Shown piece by piece: positions 62,359 through 64,000 of a stretch of 64,000 nt of DNA. Source of the stretch: Macrostomum lignano (lineage: Eukaryota); assembly GCA_002269645.1 (NCBI GenBank), contig NIVC01000042.1:310001-374000 (forward strand). The letters run 5' to 3'. The position numbers and the translations under genes are program-made. Position 1 is the stretch's first letter, and each line of letters begins with the position of its first letter. The notes under the pieces are model-generated. The model was not told where the DNA came from. It saw only the letters and a program-made list of their open reading frames with translations, and ran no database searches.

Positions 62359-63221
62359 CCTTTGATGCCAAAAATCCAGTTGCTAATGAGATTTTCAAGG
62401 GCCAAAAAAACCCATATGGCCCAAAAAATAAACCTAGCTCCTTTTTTCTATGAGTATGCCAGCTCATATTTCTTTTTTCTATTCCTTATCCTCTCCCTCT
62501 TTTGGCTTGCAATCATCAGGGACTCCTAGGCACATTTTGCTTAGGCCCTGCGAAGCAGACCTAGAAGGGCAATCATTGTGCTAGGTTCTCAATTTGGCCT
62601 TTGAGGTAAAAATTTTGCTGACTTTACATGTAAAAGCACTAGGCTTAGACACATGGCCAAGTATTGTATAGCTACTTAAGCAGGAATACACAAATCAAGA
62701 CTCAAGCACACTGTGGTAGTACTGCATATAGTATAGTATTGCTATGGTATTGCTCAGTTTGCATGTCTGCCTATGCTTTTTTATAATGCATTGTACATTT
62801 TAGTGTTAAGCATAGCAAGGCATGAAATGCCTTATACATATATGGCATGATCAATCAATGAGTGTGCATGAATTGTACATAATTATATACTCTGATCAAG
62901 AGCATTACCAGATATCAAGATTCACTGTGGGGCTTTGATTGACCATGCACAATGAGGTAAAGGGGTGGAAATTAATGCATGCAGCCTACCAATTTTTACA
63001 ACTCTATGGGGGACTTTATAGCAGTCCTTAATGCATTTTGATAAAAGAAATACCCATGTTACATAGTCGCATGTATGGTCACATAGACATAACATACAAA
63101 TACTCAAGATTCAATAATGCCTGGACAATGCCTGAACATAACCTAGTGCATATAGGTGATGCATTTGCATAGAATATTTGCATTGAAACAAACATTTAAC
63201 CTATGGACATATAGTCTAGTA

Positions 63222-63320
63222 TAGTGATGGACCAAATGTGGATTTTTGCAAGTTTCCGAAACCGAATCCGAATGTACAAAAAAAATCCGAATCCGAATCC
63301 AAATGTTTCCGAATGTAAGC
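63222..63320 (+). mobile_element. hAT-like MITE 5' fragment
   Basis: TAGTGATGG terminus followed by CCGAAT subterminal repeats. Confidence 0.5.
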
Positions 63321-63331
63321 AAAAAGTGTAA

Positions 63332-63895
63332 GGTAAACGGCGGGAGTAACTATGACTCTTTTAATTTACGAAAATGTCTCGTCATCTAATTAGTGCGCAC
63401 ATAAATTGACTGACAAGATTCCATCTCTCCTGGGATTATATTCGTACTCGTACTTTTATCTTAGGGGTCGGATGTGATCACAATCGTGAATTCAAGACCA
63501 TTTTTTCACAATAGTGATTTTGTTGAAACCTGTTCCATCAGTTGTGAATTTCTGCTTACGTTTTTATTAGAAATATAACTTTTCTACTTGATTTACCAAA
63601 AAACGTTGAACACAATGTATAAAGAATTAACAAATTTTAAATTTGTTGACTTGATAGCATTACGGCCGAGTAGCTATTATCAATATACGAGTATGATTTC
63701 TTTTCTTGTTTGTTATTTTCAACACTTGTAACTTACAAGCTCAATATACATGTATGCTAATATAAATTCACAATCACGATCACGCCTGCCTTTGAAAAAT
63801 TCACGCATGACCAAAATCTTCTACTTGTCCGACCTCTACTGATATCTATCGCGAAACCAAATTTAAAGAGACGGACTTAGATAGGAAATTCAGTT
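63332..63895 (+). pseudogene. Degenerate 28S rDNA fragment (R2/I-PpoI target region) in two pieces
   Basis: GGTAAACGGCGGGAGTAACTATGACTCT...TCGTCATCTAATTAGTG...AGATTCC (63332-63422) matches 28S. A weaker continuation (TATCTATCGCGAAACC...ACGGACTT) occurs at ~63822-63895, after ~400 bp of unrelated sequence. Confidence 0.7.
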
Positions 63896-64000
63896 CTACT
63901 TCTACTGTGTTACATGAACATCTAATTCTAGTACTACTGACTATAGCTAATGAGTGACATATATACAGTGCAATTATGATAATTTTACTGTACGTACGTA

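Noticed and set aside
52495-64000. First coding exon of NAA15
   Set aside because: No LPPKE/LFKRIL-like exon with a donor site was found; it probably lies outside the window or was missed.

Overview
Animal (eukaryotic) genomic DNA. GC-rich exons, GT-AG introns filled with minisatellites and a tightly co-oriented gene cluster suggest a free-living flatworm such as Macrostomum; this is an inference. 0.5-23 kb is an accessory, TE-rich zone. It holds a decayed RTE LINE, a TRAF-like remnant and two head-to-head caspase paralogs with an atypical S1 pocket and an unrecognised N-terminal domain. Between the caspases lies a Penelope-like element with two downstream minimal hammerhead ribozymes, split exactly at its YIDD motif by a 4.1-kb tyrosine-recombinase retroelement with unusual ends. 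24-52.5 kb holds five minus-strand housekeeping genes (unc-45, ZC3H13-like, SPF45/RBM17, RPL30, NAA15), a tRNA-Pro(CGG), a CORE-SINE and six candidate C/D-box snoRNAs in two families (one antisense to the U2 branch-site region, one to the 18S G1328/yeast G1271 site). 52.5-63.2 kb is a sharply CpG-depleted domain with a fossil ORF and MITEs, followed by a degenerate 28S rDNA fragment. All coordinates were read by hand, and repeat-array edges are approximate.
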